From Leptospirales bacterium (GTDB taxonomy: Bacteria; Spirochaetota; Leptospiria; Turneriellales; JAOUFE01), in the NCBI GenBank assembly GCA_040326155.1, contig JBEQLE010000057.1:1-29040 (forward strand): DNA of 29,040 nucleotides. Direction: 5' to 3'. Under the pieces are notes generated by a model. It searched no databases. It was not told the origin of the DNA and saw nothing but the letters and a program-made list of their open reading frames with translations. Positions 16,969 to 29,039 of this stretch are shown piece after piece; within the stretch, counting starts at the first letter, position 1, and the number at the start of each line of letters is the position of its first letter. The position numbers and the translations under genes were made by a program.

Positions 16969-17651
16969 GAAATCCATTTCCGGACAGCGAAGTAATTAAA
17001 CAGTTTCTTGGTTTAAAAGATTATTTCAAGAAATACCAGACAAGAGCGTCCTTCACCCGAATTCGTGAAATAGCCAAAGTCGGAAGAATTATCCGAAGTT
17101 ATGGAGATACCATTGCCTTCGATTTACTCGGCTCAGTGAATTTTGGAATGGCGGATGAAAACTCCGATGTAGATATGGTCTTGTATCTCGATTGTCCTGA
17201 TCTTGAACCGGGCGTTGAAATGACCAGGGAGAATTCCCCGAAGTTAAAATTATATGAATCTCTGGTAATTCACACTCTTATTCATGCCCTCAGTGAAGAC
17301 AGTTATAAAGTAGAGATCGTAGATTACATTAATTTATCAGAATTAAAATTGGCGATTGAAAATGAAGATACAAGCAGTGATATTATTTCGCGGTTTGTAT
17401 TTTATCGAATAATTTGCAGAGGCATCAATAAGAGGTTTTTACATATGTATGAAAAACAACTGTTGGCGAAACCAGCGCTTTTAAAAAGTATTGAAGAGAC
17501 ACTAAGCGACGCTCTACTTGAGTTTACCCGTTCGACCAGTCATGGCAGTTCCTTTCAAAAGTATATGAACCGATTAAAAGATCACAATATACATATTCCT
17601 GAATCGGTTATTAAAACAGTCATGGATTATTTATCACTGACTTCACATTGA
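16965..17651 (+). CDS. Pol-beta superfamily nucleotidyltransferase-domain protein
   Basis: LLGSVNFG....SDVDMVLY matches hGS-x10-DhD; a third acidic residue is available in VEIVD. ATGA overlap with the phosphoesterase gene. Confidence 0.8.
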   Translation: MRNPFPDSEVIKQFLGLKDYFKKYQTRASFTRIREIAKVGRIIRSYGDTIAFDLLGSVNFGMADENSDVDMVLYLDCPDLEPGVEMTRENSPKLKLYESLVIHTLIHALSEDSYKVEIVDYINLSELKLAIENEDTSSDIISRFVFYRIICRGINKRFLHMYEKQLLAKPALLKSIEETLSDALLEFTRSTSHGSSFQKYMNRLKDHNIHIPESVIKTVMDYLSLTSH

Positions 17652-17672
17652 AAAGAAAAACTGAATAAGCAG

Positions 17673-18956
17673 TTAAATGTCTTCTTCCAGATGGTATAAT
17701 TCTTCCGGTCTTTGCGGGCGGCGTATAACTTTTAGTCCGATATCCGTAATGAATAGTTCGGGTATTAAAGGGCGCGAGTTATAATTGGAAGACATTACCG
17801 AAGAGTAAGCTCCGGTGTGTAACACAGCTAGAAAATCTTTTTCTTCTACTATGGGCATTTTATGTTTTTTTGCAAAAAAGTCTCCACTTTCACAAATTGG
17901 TCCAACCACGTCGTACTCATATTGGCTGGAGCCTGATCGATTTAGAGGTAATATGGGATGTGAAACTTTATACAGAGCCGGGCGTATTAACTCACTCATT
18001 CCCGAATCGATAATGGCAATATCATATCCTTTTTTGGATTTTATATATTGTATTTGTGAAACAAGAATTCCAGTGTAGCCGGTTAAAAAACGTCCCGGTT
18101 CAAAGTCCACGCGCCAAGGAAGTTTCTGAGAGTTTATTTCCTTAGATAGTTTTTCTATGGGAAAATTTTTCCCTTTTTCGTTTGAAAATATATAATCGTA
18201 GTCGATACCAAAACCTCCACCAAGAGACAGGTATTCGAGTTTTTCTTGCAGGTAAGATTCAATAGCCACAGCCTTCTCTTTTAGAAATTCAAGGCCATCA
18301 AGATAGGGTTCAATGTTCATAATCTGGGAACCAAGGTGAACCTGGAGTCCGATAATGGACAGGTTGTCAGACTCGGAAATGAGACGCATCGCTTTGGCCA
18401 GCTCTCGTTCAGAGATGCCAAATTTGTTTTCTTCTTTTCCGGTTTTAATATATTCATGTGTATCGACCCCGATGTCGGGATTCAGGCGAATGGTTATTTG
18501 AGTAGATATGTCCAGTATCGATGCGATTTCAGAAATTTGTTGAATTTCTGAGAGAGATTCAACATGAAAACTTTTTATACCATTTTGCAGACCGAGAACA
18601 ATCTCATTTTCAGTTTTACCTACTCCGGCATACACCATACGACTACCGGGAAAACCGGCTTGCAGCCCCCGAAGAATTTCACCGCCGGAAACAACGTCAA
18701 TTCCAAAGTTTTCTTTTTCGCGTATTTTTTTCAGTATGTGTATATTCGAAAGAGATTTAACAGAGTAAAATAATTTAGATTCAGGAAAATGCCCGGATAA
18801 AATATCAAGGCGTTCTTCTAGTATGTCGTTATGGTATAAAAAATAGGGACCGCGGTAGTTGTACCGTTTCAGTAGTATTTTTTGTGCATGTTTATTGATA
18901 CTATCAAGACTTTCGTCTTTCCAATATAGCTGGTTATCTTTATATTTAAAATACAT
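17673..18956 (-). CDS. lysA: Diaminopimelate decarboxylase
   Basis: YSVKS (PLP lysine), DVVSGGE, HLGSQ, EPGR, VGPICESGD, GAYSSVMSSNYNSRP. Confidence 0.95.
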   Translation of the reverse strand: MYFKYKDNQLYWKDESLDSINKHAQKILLKRYNYRGPYFLYHNDILEERLDILSGHFPESKLFYSVKSLSNIHILKKIREKENFGIDVVSGGEILRGLQAGFPGSRMVYAGVGKTENEIVLGLQNGIKSFHVESLSEIQQISEIASILDISTQITIRLNPDIGVDTHEYIKTGKEENKFGISERELAKAMRLISESDNLSIIGLQVHLGSQIMNIEPYLDGLEFLKEKAVAIESYLQEKLEYLSLGGGFGIDYDYIFSNEKGKNFPIEKLSKEINSQKLPWRVDFEPGRFLTGYTGILVSQIQYIKSKKGYDIAIIDSGMSELIRPALYKVSHPILPLNRSGSSQYEYDVVGPICESGDFFAKKHKMPIVEEKDFLAVLHTGAYSSVMSSNYNSRPLIPELFITDIGLKVIRRPQRPEELYHLEEDI

Positions 18957-18976
18957 GGTAGTTTTTCGGGTGTTTT

Positions 18977-20560
18977 TTATTGGCGATCTTTAACGGGGCG
19001 GTACAGAATATCAATACCGTGATCAATATAACCAATCCAGATAAAATCGTCTTCCATTTGAAGGTGGTGTACTTCATTTGAACTTAAACCGTTTAGAACT
19101 GTAATCTTATCCAGAGTTCTTTTTTCTCGGTCATAGATGCGAATTCCGTGACCGGAGGTTCCAATCCAGATTTTATTACCGCGCTTTGCCAGACAGGAGG
19201 GGTAGGGTAAATCCCAGTCTAAAAATTTGATCGTTTTTCTTTCGAGGTCATATCGGTATATTCCAAACCGGTGGACGCCTATCCAGAGATAACGGCCGTC
19301 AATTAAAAGGGTTTTAACGTTATTTCCATCGAGTTTTCCATTTTCAACATTTATGTAGTGCACCTCGCCTGTCTCTTTATTTTTTACGACAGCCCCATTG
19401 TCGAGCGTTCCAAAAGCAAGATAGCGATGGTCGGCTTCAATGGCATAAACCTGGTTTGAGCCAACAAAAGAGTTCCGGTCCAGAACTTCGACATTTTTCT
19501 TTACCGTATCGTATTTTATAATACCATCCATAAGCGTAGAAAAGTAGATTGTTCGGTCGTCTTTAAAAGCTTTCTGGGCGAGGGTGAATACTCTATCGCC
19601 AAGAGCGAGTTTTCTGGTTTCCGATCTTTTTTTATCGTAAATAAAAATTCCGTCAAAGGAGGTTATGTAAACGGTATCAATGTCAACATAAAGGTCGCGC
19701 AACTGACCCGAGGGAAGCGGTATCTTTTCAAACTTTTGAGTGGAACGTGAAAAACGGACGAGTCCTCCACCCCAGGTGGAAATCCACACATCATCTCCAT
19801 CTACTTGTATGTCAGATATGGAGTTATCCGGAAGTCCGTTATCTGTGGTCAGGTGGGTTAAACTCATTTTGCGCATAAGGAACATCAAGCCGGGGGTGAC
19901 TTCTTGCCCGAGTTCGGTTGCTCCCGTTAAATAAATATGGGCGAGTTCTTTATCGTCAAGTCGTTCCGCGTAGATAATTCCAAGGGCGTATAATACATCT
20001 CTCTTTTTTTCGCGTAAATCTTTATTCTTTTTCTCGAGAAAAATTTGTCTGTCGATTACCAATATGGCATTTTGGTAATACTGGGCCGCAGAGCGCCACT
20101 GCCGATTTTCTTCTTCAATTGCGCCTAGAATTATAGTTGTATCAACATAATAACCGGGGTCTAACATTTCATCTTTCACATATTCCAGGTATTGCAACAG
20201 GTGAACTTTGGACTTGGTATGAAGCTTTAAATAGTAATAACAATAGCCGGTAGTAAATTCAATGGTTTTACGATAACGAGAGTGCGGGTAACGTTTGGCA
20301 AGGCGATTGTAATAAGAAACAGCGTTGGCATAATCTTTATTGTTTCGGTAGATTTCACCGAGATAAAAAAGTGTGTCTCGTACTTCATATTCAAAGGGTC
20401 TTTCTTTTAAAAATTCCATCAAATAGGTTTTAGCTGTGTCGTATTGTTTGCGCTCATAGGCTTTTTTCCCCTGTCGAAACTTTATAGTAGGGTCTTCGAC
20501 GGAGTACAAACCTCCTGCAAATAGTGTAAAAAGAAGTATTGTAATAAATTTACGCATCAT
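18977..20560 (-). CDS. Exported TPR (BamD/CpoB-like) plus beta-propeller protein
   Basis: Signal peptide; TPRs (LFYLGEIY, RYPHSRY); propeller repeats of the two-component-regulator type (GLPDNSI..WISTWGGGL, WIGT.G.G, GLSSNEV). Confidence 0.82.
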   Translation of the reverse strand: MMRKFITILLFTLFAGGLYSVEDPTIKFRQGKKAYERKQYDTAKTYLMEFLKERPFEYEVRDTLFYLGEIYRNNKDYANAVSYYNRLAKRYPHSRYRKTIEFTTGYCYYYLKLHTKSKVHLLQYLEYVKDEMLDPGYYVDTTIILGAIEEENRQWRSAAQYYQNAILVIDRQIFLEKKNKDLREKKRDVLYALGIIYAERLDDKELAHIYLTGATELGQEVTPGLMFLMRKMSLTHLTTDNGLPDNSISDIQVDGDDVWISTWGGGLVRFSRSTQKFEKIPLPSGQLRDLYVDIDTVYITSFDGIFIYDKKRSETRKLALGDRVFTLAQKAFKDDRTIYFSTLMDGIIKYDTVKKNVEVLDRNSFVGSNQVYAIEADHRYLAFGTLDNGAVVKNKETGEVHYINVENGKLDGNNVKTLLIDGRYLWIGVHRFGIYRYDLERKTIKFLDWDLPYPSCLAKRGNKIWIGTSGHGIRIYDREKRTLDKITVLNGLSSNEVHHLQMEDDFIWIGYIDHGIDILYRPVKDRQ

Positions 20561-20999
20561 CAGTTCTCCGGGAGTACTTCCAAAAAAATAGAGTAGAAAA
20601 AATTAAGATCAGGGTGGCAACCACAATATAGACTCTTTGATACAAAGTCAAGTCAACACGTTCTTTCTCGTCAACAGTCTTTTCTGTTTCGGTATCGAGG
20701 AATTTAATAATCATGACGTTTTTATTATAAAGATAGTGTTTTTTAATATACTGTTCAATGAGTTTTTTTTCATCTTGAATTTGTCCGAGGTTTTTTTTGA
20801 GTTCGGTTTTACTTTGCTTTAAATCGTTAATTTGTTCGATAATTTCGGTTTTAATCGCAAGTTTTTTACGGTAAGCAAAATAACCATTATCGCTCAGGAC
20901 AAAATTATAACCGGCCACCAGTAAGATGAGTCCGATAAAAGGCCAAAAAAGCCAATGGTCTCTTGTTTGCCGGTAGTTTGTTATAAATTTTTCTAGCAC
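20550..20999 (-). CDS. Septum formation initiator (FtsB/DivIC-like) with an additional C-terminal TM helix
   Basis: N-terminal TM, DNGY motif and coiled coil. It lies directly downstream of eno, the conserved position of ftsB. Confidence 0.68.
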   Translation of the reverse strand: MLEKFITNYRQTRDHWLFWPFIGLILLVAGYNFVLSDNGYFAYRKKLAIKTEIIEQINDLKQSKTELKKNLGQIQDEKKLIEQYIKKHYLYNKNVMIIKFLDTETEKTVDEKERVDLTLYQRVYIVVATLILIFSTLFFWKYSRRTDDA

Positions 21000-21019
21000 A
21001 TGTTTAACTGAAAAGGTTT

Positions 21020-23209
<2,190 letters not shown>

Positions 23210-23237
23210 TGATAACCTGCATGGTTACCAGGAAGTT

Positions 23238-26200
23238 CTAGCCTCGCAGTTTTTCAAACCGCTTCAGTTCATGAGCATACTTATTTTTTGTGGCAAGAGC
23301 AATTCCTTTTTTAATGTACTCATCTTTTTTTTCAGGAATTAACTCTGCGGCCTGGTAGTACGCCAGGACTCTTTCTAATTGATTCGGTCCTTTTTCATGC
23401 CACCGAACGCTTTCCAGTGCTTTTTCTTTCGCTTTGCCTGAATTACCATTCGTACTGAAATTCAATGCTTCGCTCATCAAGGCATAGCATTTAATAAATG
23501 GATATTTATTACCCAGTTTTTTTATTTTATTCAAACACTGTTTCCATAAATCTGCATCATTGCTTGTAATCTGTTTGCCATGCTTTTTCGCCAACTCTAT
23601 AGCCAATAGAATATCATAATATCCCGCATGCAGGTGAGGCATAATATTAGTGTATTGATTTAACCCTTCGAACAATTCCCCTGCTGCTTTTATGACTTCG
23701 TCTATGCGCTCTTCTCTTATATGTATAAACAGTATATTCCTCAGGCCGGACATTTTGCCTGCATTATCATTTACTGCGACACTCAGATCAAACGCTTTTT
23801 CCATTAAATGAATGCATGTATCCGCATCTTTTAAATTTACTATATAGTTGAAATACCCATCTGTGCTCATTTGCCATGCTTCTACCTGTTTCACATCTTC
23901 TGTTACTCCATGCGATAATGTCTCATAGTTCAATTCAACTCCTTTTTCAAAGTCTCCGGAATACTGCATAGTTACCGATTTTGTTCCAACGGCAACTGCT
24001 GTTTCCCAGGTTTCACCCAGTTTTTCATATAAAGTTGCAGCTTTTGTCAACTTTTCATACCACATGGCAGGTTCATTGGTATACATACCGGTGGTGCCTG
24101 TGCGTTGAAGGTACATAGCTTCGACATTTGGATCATTCGATTTTTCCATAAATTGTCTACTAATTTCAGCGTTTGCTTTCGACCTACCAAATAAACCCAG
24201 GGCTCCGTAAATTAAACTCAAAGAGGCATATGCCTTGCCTTTAATCGCTTCTTTATTTTTTAAACGGTCCGCCATGTTTACCTGACTCAGGTTAGCCCAG
24301 GCCATTTTTTCAGCATTGGCAAAAAAGTAAATTTTTGTTAAATACTCCATAATCGTATAAAGCATAATGACTTTTTCTTCGCTCTTTTTTGAAGCCTTCA
24401 TTGGCAAAAAGGGAGTTATCGTATTCATTATTCTTTTTGATAATTGCGATACTATCGCCAGGTTCACAGCCATCGCACTTTGCGGTACTCGCGCTCCCAA
24501 CAGAACCAGAGCTTTTTCGAGTTCAATTGTGGACTGATCAATATTACCTTGTTCCTGGTATACCTGGCCCAGTCCGGTATGAATTTTGGCCAGTTTCATT
24601 TTATCTTTTAAGACCTCTAAAGGCTCCTGAAAAATGTCAATGGCTTCTGCAAAGTTTCCCGATGCGCGGTAAACATGGCCAAGTTCTATTTTCATATCAT
24701 AAAACAGTTCACGATCGCCGTTATGTTCATCGAGAAGTTGTATAATATTAGTGTAATGGTGTATGGCCTCTGCGTTCGCATATTGTGAGGCCGCGTTACG
24801 GGCGGCTATTAGACTATATTTAATCGATTTTTCTTTGTTTTTGGCCTCCGCATAGTGGTAGGCCAGGTGATCTATGTTTTCATCGATTTTTTCTTTACCC
24901 AGACTTTCCAGGTAATTTGCTAATTGGTTATGCAGAGTTTGCCTGGTGGCGGTAAGCATTGAATTGTATGCCACATCGCGAATTAAAACATGTTTAAATA
25001 AATACGAAAGTGGTTCCGAGGTTTCCAGAAGTGTAAAATCATTTTTTTCCAGAGCAGAAAGGTGAGTAGACAGGTCCCCTTCTAAATCTTTTGGGGCAAT
25101 TTGGTCTAGTAAATTATAGGCGAATAATCTTCCAATAACGGAAGCATTTTTTAAAACTACTTTTTCAGATTCACCCAGGCGGTCGATACGTGATAGCAAC
25201 ACTTCTTGTAAACTACCGGGAATTTCTATATCCTGATTTGTATCAGCAAGGTAGCTTTTTCCATTTTCGGTTGTTTGTAGAACCCTTTGTTCCTTTAATG
25301 AATAAACAATCGATTCCAGAAAAAATGGATTTCCATGGGCGCGGTGCAAGATTTCGTTTTCAAGTTTTTTTGCGGCTCCGCTTTTATCTTTATCTGACAC
25401 TGCCAGGTTCATTTTCAGGCGCAGGTAGGTAAGCGCGTCTTCTTCTTCGAACTCTTTAAGTGCCAGCTCGTAGTATCCTTTTATTGAGTTTAATTCTGAT
25501 ATTGGCCCTTCGGGGCGAGCCACAACCATCAAAATTGCTCCTGGTATATTTTGGTTTAATATATATCGTATCAGATTATCGGACCCTTCGTCTATCCAAT
25601 GGTAGTCTTCAAATAACAACATAACCTGGCTTTGGTTTGTTTTCTCTTTTATAACCTGCGCGGTAATTTCAAAGATTGTTTCACTTTTCTTTTTAGGGTC
25701 CATCTTGGATGTAAGCGCATCTTCATCTGAAGTTTCACTTAATAATCGGGCAAAGACCTTTGCCCAGCTTTCTCTGTCGTCTTCTAGAAATGTCAGCCCA
25801 TCGCAGATTTTTTTGAATACGTGTGAACTATGGATCTCTTCTTGTACGTTGAATAGACTTTTCCATATTGATTTCCATGCAAAATAAGGGGTAAATTTTT
25901 CATATGAATAGCATGTTCCGGTGTAAACATCTATGTTGGCTGCTTTGGCTTCGAGCACTACATCATAGATCAGACGAGATTTTCCGACACCAGCGTCACC
26001 CACAACTCCGATTCCTCCGCCTTTTGTTTTGGATTCTTCCAGCCGGTCTTTTAGTATTTTAAGTTCTTTTTTTCTTCCTACCAGAGCGCTATGATCGATT
26101 TTTTTCGCTACGGTTTTGTTTTCTCCTGCTACGGTATAAAACTGTTTTGCGTCTGAAATTCCTTTCAGTTTAATCTTTTCGCGTTTTGTCAGAGTAAAAG

Positions 26201-27419
26201 TATCGGTCAGGGTATTTGCTGTTTTTTCATCCACCGCCGCTATTGTTCCGCTGGCGTGTTCCATCAAACGAGAGGCCATATTTACAGATTCGCCAAGAAC
26301 AGAGTAACCCTTTCTAGTTGTGGACCCAACATCGCCACAATAAAGAGGGCCCGTAGAAATTCCAATGTGAAGCTTATTTATAAATTTATATTCAGGTAGT
26401 GTCTCTTGCAAACGAGCGGCAAACCGTACAGCCATCGTCTCTTTATGTTCTTGCGCATTGGGGGCACCAAATAAAATTAAAAAGACGCTTCCTTTATCAG
26501 AAAAGTCAGTTTGAATAAGCGTACCGCCAAAATTGGTTGCAAGCTCTCTTGTTTTACGATAAAAAGAGTTGATCTGGTTTATTGGTTTTTGTTCCGGGTT
26601 TGAATAATCGATTCCGTGTATCTGAACAAAAAGAGATGTAACATCACGGAACTCCCCAATGTACCCAAATTGTCCGGTTTTTATTTTTTCGTAAAGAGTA
26701 GGGGCAATAAATTTAGTACACTTTTTTAAATGTGCAGGTTCATTTTCAATTATTGCTTCTTTATGTTTCTCATCCGGTTGTGTTTTAGTTTTTAAGTCTA
26801 CCAGGCGAAACCGGTTTTCACCTTCTTCAACTTGCGCCGAATCACCCAAAAGCTCTGCCATTTCGCGGGTAATAATAATTTCACCGGCTTTGGCCGAGGC
26901 TTCCGCACGAACAGCCTGATCAATGGCTTTTCCAATTAAGGCAACCTGAAAATATGAATCACTATCTCCTAGTAGTACTTGTTGAAACTCTCCATAGGAA
27001 AGTGAAAATTTTGTCTCCAGGATATGATCTTTGTATTGTAGTTTAGCTTCTTTTAAAGCTTTTTTCATTTCTAAAGCGCAAGAAGTTACGGCGGAAATTG
27101 TTGATTTTTTATTTTCGTCTTCTTGAAAAGCGGCTAAAGCGGAATCACCTGCAAATTGATATACAGTACCACCATAAAGCTGAACGATATCGATCATTAA
27201 GTCATAGTATGTTGTCATGAGTTCATACAGTTTTTCCGCGCCTCTGGCTCCTGATTCGGAAAATGATTGCGTTAAATTTGTAAATTGTACCAGATCAAAA
27301 AAAAGTATGGAACCTTTTAATTTTTGGGTCCTGTGCAGTTGACTTTGTGGTTGAGAGAATGTATCGGTGATCGTATTTGGAATATAATACTTCACATTAT
27401 TTTGTTGATTTGTTTTCAA
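23238..27419 (-). CDS. Tandem class III adenylate/guanylate cyclase domains plus STAND-type AAA ATPase plus TPRs (soluble adenylyl cyclase-like)
   Basis: FFDLVQFT, FAGDS, SDKG, GDVG...YSVLGESVNMASRLM; Walker A GDAGVGKS, Walker B FEDYHWID, GNPFF; C-terminal TPRs. The start is uncertain (ORF open to 27515; TTG 27419 is plausible). Confidence 0.9.
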   Translation of the reverse strand: MKTNQQNNVKYYIPNTITDTFSQPQSQLHRTQKLKGSILFFDLVQFTNLTQSFSESGARGAEKLYELMTTYYDLMIDIVQLYGGTVYQFAGDSALAAFQEDENKKSTISAVTSCALEMKKALKEAKLQYKDHILETKFSLSYGEFQQVLLGDSDSYFQVALIGKAIDQAVRAEASAKAGEIIITREMAELLGDSAQVEEGENRFRLVDLKTKTQPDEKHKEAIIENEPAHLKKCTKFIAPTLYEKIKTGQFGYIGEFRDVTSLFVQIHGIDYSNPEQKPINQINSFYRKTRELATNFGGTLIQTDFSDKGSVFLILFGAPNAQEHKETMAVRFAARLQETLPEYKFINKLHIGISTGPLYCGDVGSTTRKGYSVLGESVNMASRLMEHASGTIAAVDEKTANTLTDTFTLTKREKIKLKGISDAKQFYTVAGENKTVAKKIDHSALVGRKKELKILKDRLEESKTKGGGIGVVGDAGVGKSRLIYDVVLEAKAANIDVYTGTCYSYEKFTPYFAWKSIWKSLFNVQEEIHSSHVFKKICDGLTFLEDDRESWAKVFARLLSETSDEDALTSKMDPKKKSETIFEITAQVIKEKTNQSQVMLLFEDYHWIDEGSDNLIRYILNQNIPGAILMVVARPEGPISELNSIKGYYELALKEFEEEDALTYLRLKMNLAVSDKDKSGAAKKLENEILHRAHGNPFFLESIVYSLKEQRVLQTTENGKSYLADTNQDIEIPGSLQEVLLSRIDRLGESEKVVLKNASVIGRLFAYNLLDQIAPKDLEGDLSTHLSALEKNDFTLLETSEPLSYLFKHVLIRDVAYNSMLTATRQTLHNQLANYLESLGKEKIDENIDHLAYHYAEAKNKEKSIKYSLIAARNAASQYANAEAIHHYTNIIQLLDEHNGDRELFYDMKIELGHVYRASGNFAEAIDIFQEPLEVLKDKMKLAKIHTGLGQVYQEQGNIDQSTIELEKALVLLGARVPQSAMAVNLAIVSQLSKRIMNTITPFLPMKASKKSEEKVIMLYTIMEYLTKIYFFANAEKMAWANLSQVNMADRLKNKEAIKGKAYASLSLIYGALGLFGRSKANAEISRQFMEKSNDPNVEAMYLQRTGTTGMYTNEPAMWYEKLTKAATLYEKLGETWETAVAVGTKSVTMQYSGDFEKGVELNYETLSHGVTEDVKQVEAWQMSTDGYFNYIVNLKDADTCIHLMEKAFDLSVAVNDNAGKMSGLRNILFIHIREERIDEVIKAAGELFEGLNQYTNIMPHLHAGYYDILLAIELAKKHGKQITSNDADLWKQCLNKIKKLGNKYPFIKCYALMSEALNFSTNGNSGKAKEKALESVRWHEKGPNQLERVLAYYQAAELIPEKKDEYIKKGIALATKNKYAHELKRFEKLRG

Positions 27420-27699
27420 TTTAGTTACCCGTTTGTGCCTATAAAGAGATTGTTTATATTTACATTTACCATAACTAATTGGATTCAATTTGTCAATATT
27501 ATAACCAAAAATCAAATGTAATATTCAGTACACTTTATGCATATCATCCATTTTAGGGTTCGGCCAAAACCGCAGTAGATCTGGTAAGATTTGTAAAACG
27601 GGTTTGCATTCTAGTTTAGTAATATTCGATTGTCGAAATGTATTGGTAGCCTTGATTCGTTGTTCATAGTTGTATTTAACATGGGGGGACTTTCCGAAA

Positions 27700-28695
27700 A
27701 TGTCAAACATAGATATCTCGATTTTAATGCCCGCTCGGAATGCCGAAAAATACATTGCAGAATGTATTGACTCTGTCATTCATCAAAGCTATTTAAATTG
27801 GGAGCTTATCGTTGTCGACGATGGTTCTAAAGATACTACTTGTAAAATTTTAGAACAATACCAAAAATATGAAAGCCGAATTCATCTTTTTAAACAGGAA
27901 GAACTTGGTATAATACCGGCATTGCGACATGCGTATAATAAATCAAAAGGCAAACTGATTACAAGAATGGATGCAGACGATATAATGCCGCAATATAAAA
28001 TTGAAAAGCTGGCTGCTTTATTATTAAAGAGTGGCCCGGGCCATATTGCAACAGGGTTGGTCGAGTATTTCTCAGCGACAGGACTTGGCGACGGATACAT
28101 AAAGTATCAGAATTGGCTAAATCGCCTTACACAAACTCGCGCCAATTATTTCGAAATTTACAAAGAGTGTTGTATCGCTTCACCCTGTTGGATGGTATGG
28201 CGTGAAGATCTTGATGCGTGCGAAGCCTTTGAACCCGAAACATATCCAGAAGATTACGATTTAGTATTTCGCTTTTACCGGCAGGGTCTTCAAGTGGTCG
28301 CAGCAAATGATATTTTACATCGTTGGCGCGATTACGACTCTCGAGCAAGCAGAACGCATGAGCATTATAAAGACAACGCCTTCGTCGAACTTAAAGTAAA
28401 ATACTTTTTAGATATAGATTATGAAAGTCAAAAAAAACTGGTTCTCTGGGGGGCTGGTAAAAGAGGAAAGAGAGTCGCAAAAGTATTGAAAGAAAAAAAT
28501 ATTGATTTCACCTGGGTTTGTAATAACCCAGACAAAATTGGGCAAGAGATATACCAAACAATGATGCGTGATTCTTCAGATTATAATTTTTCGAACACAC
28601 AGGTTATAATTACAGTTGCCAATAGCGTCGAGCAGATGGAAATTTTAAGTAAAATCGATCAGATGGCCAGATGCGTCGCCTACTGTTTTTGCTAG
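27700..28695 (+). CDS. Family 2 glycosyltransferase
   Basis: SILMPARN, VVDDGSKD, RMDADD, PEDYD; C-terminal Rossmann-like LWGAGKRG. A GGGGGA ribosome-binding-like site precedes ATG 27700. Confidence 0.93.
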   Translation: MSNIDISILMPARNAEKYIAECIDSVIHQSYLNWELIVVDDGSKDTTCKILEQYQKYESRIHLFKQEELGIIPALRHAYNKSKGKLITRMDADDIMPQYKIEKLAALLLKSGPGHIATGLVEYFSATGLGDGYIKYQNWLNRLTQTRANYFEIYKECCIASPCWMVWREDLDACEAFEPETYPEDYDLVFRFYRQGLQVVAANDILHRWRDYDSRASRTHEHYKDNAFVELKVKYFLDIDYESQKKLVLWGAGKRGKRVAKVLKEKNIDFTWVCNNPDKIGQEIYQTMMRDSSDYNFSNTQVIITVANSVEQMEILSKIDQMARCVAYCFC

Positions 28696-28757
28696 AGGGG
28701 TGCTCTCGCGGTTCTTGCCGGGGAATTATTTATCACTGAGCATAGCACTGAACGCCC

Positions 28758-29039
28758 TTAGAAACTTTTTACAAATTCGACCCCTGCTGCGGTGAGGGTA
28801 TATTTTTGCAAACTACTGTTTGGTTTATCGGGCAGGGTCATTTTCATCAAACCGGACTCAATTGCGGGTTGCTGATAGCTCTGGCGAAAATGCTTTGCAT
28901 CTTTTAAACCGAGTTTTTGCTGAATCTCTATTCGTGTCATTTCACCTTCAAGTATAAGAAGTAGTTTCTTGACTTCGGGGGTGACTCCGGGGGTGACTCC
29001 GGGGGTGACTCCGGGGGTGACTTCGGGGGTGACTCCAGG
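28758..29039 (-). CDS. 3' end of a gene with a Fic-family-type C-terminal winged HTH (5'-truncated by the window edge)
   Basis: The frame is open to the window edge: (VTP[G/E])n-VKKLL...MTRIEIQQKLGLKDAKHFRQSYQQPAI...MTLPDKPNSSLQKY.LT. The catalytic domain is not visible in the window. Confidence 0.75.
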   Translation of the reverse strand, partial: PGVTPEVTPGVTPGVTPGVTPEVKKLLLILEGEMTRIEIQQKLGLKDAKHFRQSYQQPAIESGLMKMTLPDKPNSSLQKYTLTAAGVEFVKSF

